DNA of 63,633 nucleotides, the filler included, from Choristocarpus tenellus KU-1152 (taxonomy: Eukaryota > Protista > Phaeophyceae): the NCBI GenBank assembly GCA_964200185.2. It is 12 parts of 12 records of this genome, joined end to end, with 100 filler letters (N's around TTAATTAATTAA, not from the genome) between each part and the next. Parts side by side here need not be neighbours in the genome. Positions count along the whole stretch, not along the records: positions 45,459 to 53,034 come from CAXNAD020005941.1; positions 53,135 to 56,252 come from CAXNAD020022196.1; positions 56,353 to 59,954 come from CAXNAD020019017.1; 9 more parts are not named here. The stretch is one strand, 5' to 3'. Shown here piece by piece: positions 47,797 to 60,054 of this stretch (the stretch's first letter is position 1; every line of letters begins with the position of its first letter). Position numbers and translations under genes: made by a program. The notes under the pieces are model-generated. The model saw only the letters and a list, made by a program, of their open reading frames with translations, did not search any database and was not told where the DNA came from.

Positions 47797-49270
47797 AACT
47801 CTGGACTTGACGACATCAAGTAGTGAACATCGTACCTTGGACCTTCTTCCTTTATATACATTGATGTGACATTCATTGCAATATGGGGATCAGAACAGAT
47901 GTTTTTGAGGCTATTTGGAGTCGCCCCACACCCCAACTATGGAAGCAAATACTCTGAGTGTATATGTATCGTGGGGTTAACAGAATCGGTCACAGAGCTG
48001 AGTTGTTGCTTGGAATCGTTAGGTGTCTGGATATGATAGTCATTATGTGACAAAGTAGTCGCACACTGTCAGTAAGAGCTACTGTTGCGTGTAGTTCATG
48101 ATGACATAAAAAGAACCCAGTGAAAAGATTTTGGAGACATGCCATTTTAGCTTGCCTTTTCTTGGTGGAAGAGGTCTGTATCGGGGTACAACATTATTTT
48201 ATGTTGCTTATAACATGGGACAAACTCAATTTGCATGTTTGAGTAACTTGGGGACATGCTCATTTTTCCTTTCCCATTTGTGCAACAAAGAGGGGAATGC
48301 TGGGCTGAGATGAAGGTTTCGTTTGAAACGTTGAGAAATGGAATAAATTGAAGTTGCTTGTTGTCCTTCACGCTACGTTTACCAGGGCGGACACTATCCC
48401 TGTTCAGCATGCCCACAGCTTGTTGTACAAAGTCATCCTTGCCATTCCCAGCGCCATCCCTAAACCCAAGTCCTTGTTTTTTTTTTATCAATCTCTGTTC
48501 GCACTGGTTCTTCCATCTTTTCACTAGGTTGCGTGAAGAGATTATCTGAGGTTTTCACTCTAAAGATCAAACCCCTCTACAATAGTAGTTACATAAACCT
48601 GTTCGGCAAGAGGCCCCAGTGAGGATTCCCATCATGTCCACATCGAGGAGGTTCCGAACCTAAGCCATATCTTGTTCATCTCAAGAGAATACCACTCACA
48701 CTCCACAGAAGTAACTGGCAAGGTGACGTATACCGTAGATGGTCTGTACAAGCTATGCAACTCCCACTTTTTGATAGCAAAGTCTCATGCACTGGTACAA
48801 CTCGTTTGTGGCTATCAATACTACTACGAAACTACCGAAGCATGTACGAGTCATCTCTGAATTCACCCAATATTTATACAAAGCGAAACAGAGTTCTTTT
48901 CATTTCAGTGCCGTACGCTGTTCGAGTTTCTTGCGCGCTTTCTAGACGTGCGATTGCAGTGTACCCCCAATAGATTGATGTCCTTGATGGTCTGTAGAGA
49001 ATGACAAATAGAATTGTCTTAAGAAACAATAGGGTCTAACAACTGCCCAAGTATCTGGAAATATGGAGCAACCCGTAGTCATAAAACCTAAACTTAGGGC
49101 TCATTCCTATATCGACAAACAAATTCTTACAAAATTAGGAATTCCACAAGATATGGTGCTGTCTATCCCTAACCCTTACCCTAACCCTGTTTAATTTCGA
49201 TGTTAATACTATTGAGCATCAAATTCAACAATAAATCATTGATTGTATCATTATCTTTTTACCCACTAAC

Positions 49271-49527
49271 TAGTGAAAGTATCTTAGAGGGTAGAGCCGT
49301 ATCCATTTGGGGCCAAAATCCAATGTTGCAATTTTGATGTAATTTTGGCTATCGTGTTTGTTAGGAAGTGTCAATATCCTTCTCCCGCACATACCTTTTC
49401 ATAACGTATACATTTTACCTACTTTGAAACATTTTGGAGTAGGAAAATGTCATAAAAAACCTAAGGTAAGCCAAGCCTCAAATGGACAAACAGGGCAAAA
49501 CTCGTACTCTCTAAGATACTTTCACTC
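49271..49527 (+). mobile_element. MITE family B, complete copy (257 bp)
   Basis: TIRs AGTGAAAGTATCTTAGAG / CTCTAAGATACTTTCACT, colinear with the 57635 copy. No TSD is visible (AAC versus GGT). Confidence 0.88.
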
Positions 49528-52513
49528 GGTATTTTGGAGGTTTACGGATGCTGTCCTGAGGAGGACAAGAAGCAACATGCAAGGCCGAGAATACAGTGAA
49601 CAGAACAAGTTTGTATTACTTACGATTGACACCTCCCCATACTTCAACAGTTGTGATATATTTGACGAGGATAAGCCGGCATCATCAACACTACACAATA
49701 TCGATTGTGTCTTTATATCCAGAGACAAGGAGCATGTGATGATACATGCGTACACACAGCTATTCACGAAACTATTGCTGGATTGCGGATGGTTGAAGTG
49801 TCCTTGTGGTTCAAAAACCAGCGAAAATAATGTTTCAAGTACTGTATTTTTTTTATGTTACAGGGAGGAACCCCAGAAGTTTGCTCTACCTTCATTGTGG
49901 TACTTCCTAGTAGGTGTATCCGATCAAATATTATGAGTCAAATTGTCCTATCTCAGGTGGTGGTATGGTTGAATCATAGGGATCTGTTGGTAGAGTATTT
50001 CTTTCTTGTTTCTAGACCACTTTTACATCACTCCACTCGCAAACCCATGATGACATCAAAAGATATACCTCTATCCAGAGAGTCTTATCTACCACAGCCA
50101 CAACAACCAAACATAATTTATACATGCATTTTCACAACATAAAGAGGGGGTCGGGCATAAGATTGAAAGGAGCTTGATAATTAAGATAGGTTCCAAGCCC
50201 ACCCCTCTAGGATATTCTGACTCTAAGTCTTGTTGTGAAGTGCCTTGGGGCATCACCATTGTTCCTGTCTCTATTATTGTTGTTGGTGGTGTGTGGGAGG
50301 AAGGCGGTTGGTGGCACACACAACGAAACGGTTTATTGATGTTGACTTTTTTTCCACCTCTTGCAAATAATAGTAGAAGGAGGAACAATGTATGTTACAA
50401 ATTAGTAAATATTGACAAAGTATATCAACAGTAGTAGGAAGAGGAGGGACGACAGGATTTGAAAAACCACCTTCCTGTTTGAATTAAGTTGACAACAAGT
50501 TAAGAAGATGAAGTGTAGGGAGAGGAGTCTAGTATGAAAATATGGAGGGCAAGAACCGAACATGATCATTGAAAAAAAATACTCGAATTTATATATGATT
50601 ACCAAGCTTTAATGGAGTGTTTGTGGTATAACTGGTGTCAAATAGTAAACATATTTTGGAGAGATATCTATCACATTTACGACAAGCGTTATTTTTACAG
50701 GGGTCCTTGTGATATTGGTTTGGCATTTTTCCTGATTCATCTGTAAAATGTGAGAGGGAATAATAATGTATGTTACAAATTAGTAAATATTTACAAAGTA
50801 TATCAACAAAGGATGGTCACATGTAAGATATAAGTAAATTCCGTTATAGCTTGTACTTCAGCACCAGTGATAGTAGTGCAGGCGTCAAGATCGGTACCGC
50901 AGCCTATAATTTGACAGTTGAAGCCATCCACGTCATCACAACTTTTAGCCCGATCGTGTTCCTTCATACTGGGACCTTAAGAGAATGAAACGCTTCAAAA
51001 AATAATAATGAAAGAGATTTGTAGAAAATTATGACGGGGGTTACGTGTATCCCAGATAGAGCAGCGTCCCTTTTACTAGAAACGGAATGTGGTACGTTAA
51101 GGGGGGGGTGGGTGGCAGCACAAACTGTCTACCCAATAAAACACATCGTGCAAACGGCATCATTCATAGTCCCACTAACAAACATACACTTGCTACTTGT
51201 CATCCTTACTAGAGGAGAACCCCAAGCAATAATAAAAATGGCATCCCTTTACTCCTGTCTAATCTTGTTGTCCTCCTCCTCTTCCTCCTCCTCCTTCTCC
51301 TTCTCCTCCTCCTCCTCCTCCTCATTGAACATGCTCCTTCTTCTGCCCGTTGGCAATCCGCACTGCCTCTCTCGCTCCAATTATGCGAGGACATCTTTCT
51401 TATTCAAACTCAGGGGACAACTGGAGCCTAGAAATCTTTCGTAAGCAAACACAGTAGTAGGTGCACCATTTTTGTGAAACAACAAGCAGTCGAAGAAACC
51501 AGTGTTTTAACGTGTATTTTGGGTTCGTTAGGAGTATGACAGGAGTAGGAAGAAGTTGTTGATGACACATATATATATATTCACGTGGAATTACTCACAA
51601 GAGCTGTTCGTCTCATCTCATCGTACCCCTCCACAGACTGTCGATATCTACATGTAGCAACAAAAAGGGGTAACTTCCTGAATTTATCGACAACTTGCCG
51701 ACTAAAAGGCCGTGGGTCTACTACCTGAAACCCCGGGACAGTTTCATCAGATGCCCAAGCGGCAAGCCGACCATGCACTGCAGAGAGTCACAGAGAATTG
51801 CATAGAGCAGAGAAAGAAGAGCAGTGAGGCCTTGATGTCGTTGGTTGCGTGATACTCGGCTCTACCTCCTACCATAGAAAAAAAGGATGTACACCTCACA
51901 ACTGTGGGTGATACACCACATATAACGTAATTGATGGATTTTTTTATGATGTCGCTACCCGTACCCCACAAACCGGACGCCATTCTCTCTTTCCTGTATT
52001 TGCTGCTATTTTACATCTATAACCATGCCTGATTATATTTATGTCAACATTTTTCACCATGGTATCAAGAATCCTAAACTCGTAGTCAAAAGGTAACCAG
52101 AGGAGAAGCATTAGCACAATTTTCTTATCGAATGCAATAACTTGTATGAAGTAGCATATTTATTCGTATTTGTACGTGACAGGTTCAGCAAATTGTTGCT
52201 GTTCCAATGCGCATTTACAATAGTCCGAGGAGGCACAAACTCGCGGTCAAGAAGGTGGTAACCAGAGGGAAAAATTAACACAGATATTGAGTCACACTTT
52301 CAACTGGCTTAGTCACACTTTCTGAACACCGTGAATTTATGACCTCAATCATCAAGGCTTCGAAAACATGACTCCGACACAGAGCACGCTCATCAGCAAC
52401 TGTAGAACTAACGCACTATTGCTGTCTATTCAAAAACCACTCGACAATCCTTCTGTCTCAGTCTACTTCACACCCTCAATCCATACCCACTGATCCCATT
52501 ACAAGAGAGGGTT

Positions 52514-52770
52514 GAGCCAAACCAACTGAGAGATAGGCAGGTTTGGACCCCTTCGCATTCTAAGCCGCCTTTCTTACCCTGTGTAATACACTCTATTTGA
52601 TTGCGTTGTGTGCATGATACTATACGCAAAATTTATTTTCCTCTGCACATATAGAGTGACACCACAATTACGCAAGGATTATTTCTGCAATTGTACAAAA
52701 TGACGTCGATTTCCCCTTTCTCGAGATCCTTAAGATGCAACCCTGCCTACTTCTTAATTTGGTTTGACTC
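52514..52770. mobile_element. MITE family C, copy 2 (257 bp)
   Basis: TIRs GAGCCAAACCAACTGAGAGATAGGCAGG / CCTGCCTACTTCTTAATTTGGTTTGACTC; reverse-complement homologue of 1310-1573. Confidence 0.8.
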
Positions 52771-53011
52771 TTCAACCCATCTATTTGGTATGCTCTGACA
52801 GAGGTCTAGTACTCGAGGATTGAATGAACAACGTGGAAGTAGAGGAGCTTTGTGCTATTCTATTATTTTCAGATACCAAAGAAAAGCAGGGGACCCACGT
52901 CTAGGCGGCTTACGATTTCATTACGGTTGTTCTTCCTATCGTAACAAAATCTGGAAGGACTGGTGACTGTGACTGGATCAGACCACAGGCCAGAATTTTA
53001 GGAGTGTTTTT

Positions 53012-53034
53012 GACCCAAAGTATCTGGGAGGGGG
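53012..53034 (+). mobile_element. MITE family A, left terminus (contig end)
   Basis: GACCCAAAGTATCTGGGAGGGGG immediately before the spacer. Confidence 0.75.
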
Positions 53035-53173
53035 NNNNNNNNNNNNNNNNNNNNNNNNNNNNNNNNNNNNNNNNNNNNTTAATTAATTAANNNNNNNNNN
53101 NNNNNNNNNNNNNNNNNNNNNNNNNNNNNNNNNNCTTGGGGGTGTGCACAGGTGTGGGGCACTAGGTTCTCAC

Positions 53174-55763
53174 CTCTTCTGATTCCAAGACCAACTCCTT
53201 GAAGTTTCCTGAGTTGAGCGTCACAACAGCGCCCTGACTACCGCCTCCTCCTGCACTAGGCTTCCTCTTTGGGCTACATACAGATGCAGTTAAGAGTGAG
53301 ATATGAAAAAAGAAAAGAGTAAGGTTCTACATTTTCCATTGCTTCAAACATAAGACACCTTCCTGCACACCGTTTCACAATATGTACATAGGAGTCACAC
53401 AAGTGTGTCCTCACTCACCCTGTGCTCCCATCCTTGGAACCACTTCCTGCCCCTGCCCCTGCCCCAGAGCCACTGCTGTTAGCTTTAGGCTTCTTCCCAC
53501 CACCCTGCCTTGATTTCACCAAGGCACGAGCATTAGCCATGGCATCAGTCACAATTGAACTAGCATCACGATTCCCATTGTAGTCTGTGGGGTTCCGCTT
53601 GTCTGCTCCAAAGACCTTGATCGTTGGAAAGCCCTGTGCGATTCAGTGTTGTGAGGTGTAGTGCCCATACACACACAAAAGGGATCCAACGCCACAGCAA
53701 TCATACCACCATAAAGGAACAAGTCAAGGAGGGAAATGGCAGGATTGGAAATGACCAGGAACAAGGACAGGCATTTAAAAGAGGATAGGCAGGTAAGGGA
53801 AATGGTGATATGGACCGAGATGGAATGCAGCTAAGGCCTGTACTTGAGGTATCAATGTTAAGTACATGTGTTCTGTACTTCACATACAGGAGTATGGATT
53901 GCATTCAGAGGTGTTTGCAGACACAATGGAACTTAGTTCCCTTACGCTAGTCTATGTGGAGTAGGTAGTCACTTATTCAATGGTGAAGTATATCGAGGTG
54001 AGGGATACTCTGGAATAAGATTGCACCGCACTCGGTTGTGAATACACTAAGCCTTGATGCTTTATCTCAGATATGCACCACAAGCAAAGAAGGAGAGGGT
54101 GCAAAAAAGGATGCAACGAGCAGGTCATGTAACAGTATGAGACAAACATCTGCCACAAAATATTTTTAAAAAAGAACATATTTTACATCCCAGCCACACC
54201 GCCGACTTCATTACACATCTATTTCATTCTCACTTAGACCTATTATGATGCCTCCACAGCACCATAAGTATGTCTAAACAAGACACAAGTGCACAGCCAT
54301 CTTTCTTGTAGTCTACGCCATTTGTACCAGAGCAAAAGGTAGACACGAGAACCACTACAAAGGATTGATACAACACAAAAGGCTGTTGGAAAGAAAAGTC
54401 TACGGTAGTATAAAGTGCTGCTGGCAAACCTTGATCTGGTACTTGGATGCAAGACCCTTTGCTACGGTGGCGTCCACAGCTGCGACCCCCACCACCCCTT
54501 TCAGCGCACTGGCTGCCTTTTCCCAGTCACCCTTCAGGTTCTTGCAGTGGCCTATCCAGGGAACGAGAGAGATAGAGAGAGAAAGAGAGAAAGAGAGAGA
54601 CAAAGGGACAGAGAGGTGTGCAACAAGGCAAGAATGAAGTTCAGAAAAAAGCTTTGAATGTCACAGGATATATACCATCTCTTGATGGAAATTCCGACTT
54701 GGGCCATTCAGCCGTGACACAAGTAATGTGGTTAAGAATCAAGTTGATTAGCAAGATCTGAGGACACTGAATTGCAACGGTGCAGTCGGAAGGATACAAC
54801 TGGAAGGGCGGCGGGCCCTTTGAGGACATCATGCTCTTAACAATCCCACGGTGGAAAAATATGTTCTTGAGATGAAAGAATCCGCACAAAAGAAAAGATG
54901 CCTTTGAATAATATCTCGATGATGAGTTCTCCAACAAATCATGCTGGATAAATGGTTTAGAAGAGCATATCTAGATGTATCAAAAGTGGACGGGCTGGGA
55001 GAGAGTCCGGAGTGGAAGGTCTTGCTAGCATCAGAAATAAGATGCCTCAGGCCAAATGACTTACCACACCACGGTGCGTAAAACTCTACCATCCACACCC
55101 CGTCAGATTTCAGCACCGTGTCTTTGAAGTTGGAGTCTTCAAGCTGAACAAGATGGGAGGGGGGCGGTGGGTTCAGATATGCAATCTATGTAAATATCTC
55201 ACGTCAGTTAAGGATATGCTGGATGGGGAAAACTAGCAGGGAGAAAAAGACAGGTTTCACTTAATCTTCTGTAAACATACAAAAGCAAGGGGAAAGGGCA
55301 ACAACCCTCCATGACAAATCAACTCTGAATTTTGACATTTACCTCACATCGCACGATTACTACTATATACAGCTTACATCGCATTGACAGCTACCAGACC
55401 ATCCCGAAAGAAAAAAGATCGTAGAAATAGGGTCACATCTTCACCTTCGTCTTCATTTCAATAACGCACGTCTTCTCCTGCGCACCAATCTACTAGTTAG
55501 AGTTCAAATTGCGAACCACACAACAATCTTCTCCTATAGAACAAGCAAGTCAAATAGACTTGTTTCAAAGGCTAACGTAGCCAAGACCTCCACAATCATC
55601 AATATTTTCAAGTGCCTATCCTTGGATATACCTGCACAACGTCAGAGTTTGAAGAGTACATGGCGCTCGCAGGCGCGATTGACACAAGCAGAAAGCAAGA
55701 TGCCATAGCAAACAGTAAACCCATTTTGGCACGAAGCCATCGCCAGTTCTCTCCCACCATCAT
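53174..55763 (-). CDS. PDIA6: Protein disulfide isomerase A6 (P5)-like, 5' part (3' partial)
   Basis: Exons 55763-55632, 55143-55065, 54551-54430, 53633-53419, 53273-53174. Signal peptide then [56 protein letters not shown], a Gly-rich linker and the start of a second thioredoxin domain ([14 protein letters not shown]). Confidence 0.92.
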
Positions 55764-56352
55764 CGACCCACTTGTCCCTAGAAGGGAGGTAATTTTATCG
55801 ACTTCCTTGCGTCAGAAGAGCGCGTGGGGACAAGCGGGATGCAGTCTGGTGTGGAGAGATACAGGGTGGCAGGGTGGTGGGTTTTGTCCGCATTTCTTAG
55901 GTGAGTATTGGAGGTTGGAGGTTCCATGAGGTCTATCCTGATTGGCTGAAGATATATCAGTTGTACTCTCCTATATCCATTACTATTTTATTATTATGAT
56001 CCTGGACCATGGACCACAGACCATATACAAGAACTGGAGTAGTCCAAATAGCACTTGTACACTAATTTCTATATATCTGAGTACTACGAACATTTATCAA
56101 TAGTATCAAGAAGTACTTTCAAGTACATGAGTTTTGGTTTAGACAGAACGATAGAATACCACAGACCATACACAATACAACACCACCTTTGCGGTGGAAA
56201 GTTTTGGGCGCCTCGGCAGGCAAGCGGAAAGCTTCCTGGATGAGCTGGCTACNNNNNNNNNNNNNNNNNNNNNNNNNNNNNNNNNNNNNNNNNNNNTTAA
56301 TTAATTAANNNNNNNNNNNNNNNNNNNNNNNNNNNNNNNNNNNNNNNNNNNN

Positions 56353-56423
56353 ACATCGAAATTGCAACATTGGATTTTGCCCCCCAAATAGACGCGGCTC
56401 TACCCTCTAAGATACTTTGGCTC
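56353..56423 (-). mobile_element. MITE family B, left end in reverse orientation (contig start)
   Basis: ...CCCCAAATAGACGCGGCTCTACCCTCTAAGATACTTTGGCTC is the reverse complement of the family B left arm. Confidence 0.85.
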
Positions 56424-57483
56424 ATTTCAAAGACCTGAAGAAGCACAGGTTGATGATATTGAGGTCGGGGGAGTTAGATGGCTGAGTCACAAGCCTAGTC
56501 GACCACCCCTCAGTCTTCCCTGCACCTGACAAGATTTCTGAGTTGCCCTTGCCCGTGTAGGGGGTGGCACCGTCTTGCTGAACGACAACGTGCTTACCCT
56601 GCAACCAAGGTATCTTGGTCTTGATTGCAGGCAGTAGCTCCTCTGTGTACCACTTCCTGTAGTACCACAAATCGTCTAAAGTACAGTCCTGCTCATACAT
56701 ATCCCCCTTTTTATGGTTCTTGCTTGTCCTGTCTGCCGTTTTTCGCGCATACACAAGCCAAACACCAAGCTTTCCACTAAAGCTCTGAGTCGAATCTGGG
56801 CGGGCGTTGGCTGCAATGATCATGGTTTTGGTGATATGACTCTTGTACTGCACAGTAGGGGACACTGGAAGGTCATATCATCCTCATGCGGAAATAACCT
56901 AACCCTTTACCCATCAGCCAACACGTAAAATCAGGTTTCATCCGCATGAATCGTGTTTGCCATGGAGGCGTACACACCACATTTCCGGTCCACTAGATAG
57001 CAAACAAAGTTCATTCTCCGTACCATTTGCCACGATTTAAGCTTGGGTTTAATCCAGTGGGGATTCGGCATGGTCTCCATATCACCCAACCACCTCTTTT
57101 ATGGTGCTCGTGCTATTATTCAACCCCTTGGCGGTCATCTTCATTGTCACCTGACGCACTGTGGATGACCAATTATCGAAGTTGATACTATGTATTGTGG
57201 TCATCTTGGTCGGTGTGAGCTCCGAAGGTCGCCCACTACATGCCACCACGTCGAGGTCAAGCGTGTGGCCATGGGCAAGCTGATTGGTGATGTCCTCCCA
57301 GAGCCCTCGCATGTAACGCTCGGACACTCCAAACTCCGCTGTGAGGGCCGGCCCAACATGTTGCAGCAGTTTATGCTCACCAGGGACTATCGTGAGGGTG
57401 TGCCGTACTCCAAGCGCGACCCTGGTATTCAGGGACACTTGAACACCATTCCTACACAGGGAGGTTGACGGGGGGGTTACCAT
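56424..57483 (-). pseudogene. Degenerate Tc1/mariner transposase of the plant/oomycete-type mariner (DD39D-like) clade
   Basis: HTH region (AEFGVSERYMRGLW, SGRPS, STVRQV), IKPKL, IHADET*FY, VQYKSHITKTMIIAANARP, VVQQDGATP, QPSNSPDLNIINLCFFRSLK. The third catalytic D is replaced by N (40 residues after the second D). Stops and frameshifts are present, and a MITE cuts the C-terminus. Confidence 0.85.
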
Positions 57484-57634
57484 GCCGATGTTCTGGCCCT
57501 CGGCGTGTCTAGTTCTGGCCTCAAAATCACTCCAAAAAGACTCCTACTTTGACAGCTTGGAGCACCTCGAGTTTGTACCTGATGATCCTCGGCCCCCACC
57601 TTTTCTGAAATCTGAGATTGTCAACCCGATTCCA

Positions 57635-57896
57635 GAATCAAAGTATCTTAGAGGGTAGAGCCGCGTCCATTTGGGGACCAAAATGCAATATTGCAATTTT
57701 GATGGAATTTTGGCTACCGTGTTGGTTAGGGAATGTCAATATCCTTGTTCCAGACACACCTTTTCATAACATGCACATTCTACCTACTCCGAAACATTTT
57801 GGAGTAGGTAAAATATCATTAAAAACTCATTGGAAGCCAAGCCTGAAATGGACAACAAACAGGGAAAAACGTGTACCCTCTAAGATACTTTCACTC
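57635..57896 (+). mobile_element. MITE family B, complete copy (262 bp), 3-bp TSD CCA
   Basis: TIRs GAATCAAAGTATCTTAGAGGGTA / TACCCTCTAAGATACTTTCACTC, with CCA at 57632-57634 and 57897-57899. Confidence 0.9.
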
Positions 57897-58879
57897 CCAT
57901 TCTGTGGGGTTATCGTCCGATTTGACGCCGTTCTCGCTCGGTGAGCCCAGATGTTTTGCGGCACTCCCCTCCCCAAATAAGGGTGTCAGCCCCATTTTTT
58001 CCCGTCTGTTTATGTGGCACATTGATCCGCCGATTCATCGATTTTTTGTATAAAACGTAGGATACAAAGTGCCAATAGGGCACTTAATTGGGCACACTTC
58101 CTACAAACGCACAATATGTTCGCAAACTGTTTTTGGTGTAATGCTGGGTTCATGCATCTAGCTATGATGGCATAGTGGGCTCAGTATTCATTCTGACAGG
58201 GCAATGTTTAGACCATCTGCAATCTGAAGATGGTATGAGTTCAGATGTTTACTTTTACAAATTGTGTGTTTAGAGTTTTATTGGGATGTGTCAGATAAAG
58301 TGGTTCAGTATACCAAGATGCACTGATTGTCGTTTTTGTATTTCGAAATATCTGACGGTATTAAGATAACATTTTTGGCATTTGAAATCCCTTAGGTACG
58401 AGTGTTGTCATTTCCATGTGAATTGAGGACTGCAAACATGAATCAACCCATGGACATGTGACACCTCTGTGCACAAATTCGCTCATTTGCGCAAAGAATA
58501 CAAAAGACGACAATCGGCATAAAATTCGTTAGTTGACACTTCAAGTGCACGAGCAGATTAGTTCTATCATGTAAAAGTGAACAATGAAGTGGTTGTGCTT
58601 AGAGACTTTTTACGTATTAATAGGTAAGTTCTTATAGGCACCCCTTGCAGGGTTTTGTGTGGAATGTATTGACGAGTCCTTCAATCTATTCACCACCTGA
58701 CAATGTCACCATGACCAGGCAAGCAGTGTCGATGAATTGACGAGACATTGGATACCTCCCCCTTTGTAGCTGTGCTGTGGGGAAAAACGGATCGGAGAAG
58801 GAAAGGGAGAGAGACTGAAAAGTTTCTTCTGCAGCGCTACCTTTCCTGGCAGGCCATGAACACCAGAGGATAAAGAGTG

Positions 58880-59900
58880 GTTGTGACTCGGTGGAATTCG
58901 CATCACGGATGGCTAGGTTTAGAAAGAAGCACCACTGCATGGTTCTTTGCAGGAGACATCAATTGTCACAGGCGATGGGTCTTAAAGACTGTTTCGTGAT
59001 ACCATTATGAGCTTGAACTCCTTGGTGTGTTGTGCTTCTTGACTAATAATTGAGCATTTAGTGATTGTGAGACCATACATTTGTTCCTGTATCTTTGCCA
59101 AAACATAAAGTGAATAATCAAAGTTGAGAGATCCAGCACATTTTACTATGTTTTCATAATGGCGCCGTTCGCAAGCCTCATCATCAGCCTACAGGCTTGT
59201 GGATTGGAGCTACATATCCCATCATAGTAAGCTGAGGGAGCATTTTGAAACACAACGTTGCACTGCACATTCCATGATGAAGAGTTCCTTACGGTACATT
59301 ACATATTGGGTAGAAAGGAGACCCACCACGGACCATTGCCCTCGTGTGGAGAACTGCAGTGAGTAGGAGTGTCACGATTTATTCAACTTTCGAAAAAGAT
59401 GTTTTCCAACGATTTTGAGGGTATTGGACCTGGGGGAGTAAATCTACACCGAGAACCAGGGAAATTGGAAGAAGCGCTACAGCTGTTTTAAGCAACTATT
59501 TTATTTAGGGAATGTGTACCAAAGGATTAGGCAACGGAACTTGCGGATCGGCAGGGTGTTGTGAAGGCCATAGTGCCCATATTCTTCGACGCGTTTGAGC
59601 ATATCCTCTCTGACAGAATAGGTGTTCGGGCGTCTACATTCTGAGCTGCTGTTCCTGTTGCTATCCATGGCAAGACGGGATTCTCGGTTGCGGAGGAAGA
59701 AGTGATTTGCTGTTTCGTTGATAATACACAATAACTCCCTTGGATTTCCTCTCACTCAACCTCTCGCGGACAGTAGACTTGTGAATAGGGTCTCTAACCC
59801 CTGGGTTGCAGCTATAGAGCCAGGAACGACCTTCTTTCCCATTGTTATTTCGAGAAAGGAGACTGAATCGAAGTTGATAGGACCATAGTGTCAGAGGGGG
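58880..59900 (-). pseudogene. Possible highly decayed MULE/SWIM transposase fragment
   Basis: Weak motif resemblance across broken frames (SRNNNGK, TPEHLFCQ, YVLAKIQEQMY, VMRIPPSH). Not decisive. Confidence 0.25.
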
Positions 59901-59937
59901 TCACTACTTGACCACCGCTGCCAGTTGGTCATATACA

Positions 59938-59954
59938 GGGTTCAAGTATCTGGG
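59938..59954 (+). mobile_element. MITE family A-like left terminus (contig end)
   Basis: GGGTTCAAGTATCTGGG directly before the spacer. Confidence 0.6.
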
Positions 59955-60054
59955 NNNNNNNNNNNNNNNNNNNNNNNNNNNNNNNNNNNNNNNNNNNNTT
60001 AATTAATTAANNNNNNNNNNNNNNNNNNNNNNNNNNNNNNNNNNNNNNNNNNNN

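Noticed and set aside
49358-49936. 192-aa ORF (also the 5' part of 18395-19180, and 57618-57944)
   Set aside because: These begin inside MITE-B copies. Their shared peptide similarity comes from the repeat, not from a gene family.
50201-50223. Degenerate solo TIR-like sequence CCCCTCTAGGATATTCTGACTC (similar weak hits near 301 and 49046)
   Set aside because: Too short and diverged, with no partner end found, to call an element.
51581-51983. Two exon-like minus-strand segments with GT/AG signals
   Set aside because: No recognisable domain and no convincing complete gene model.
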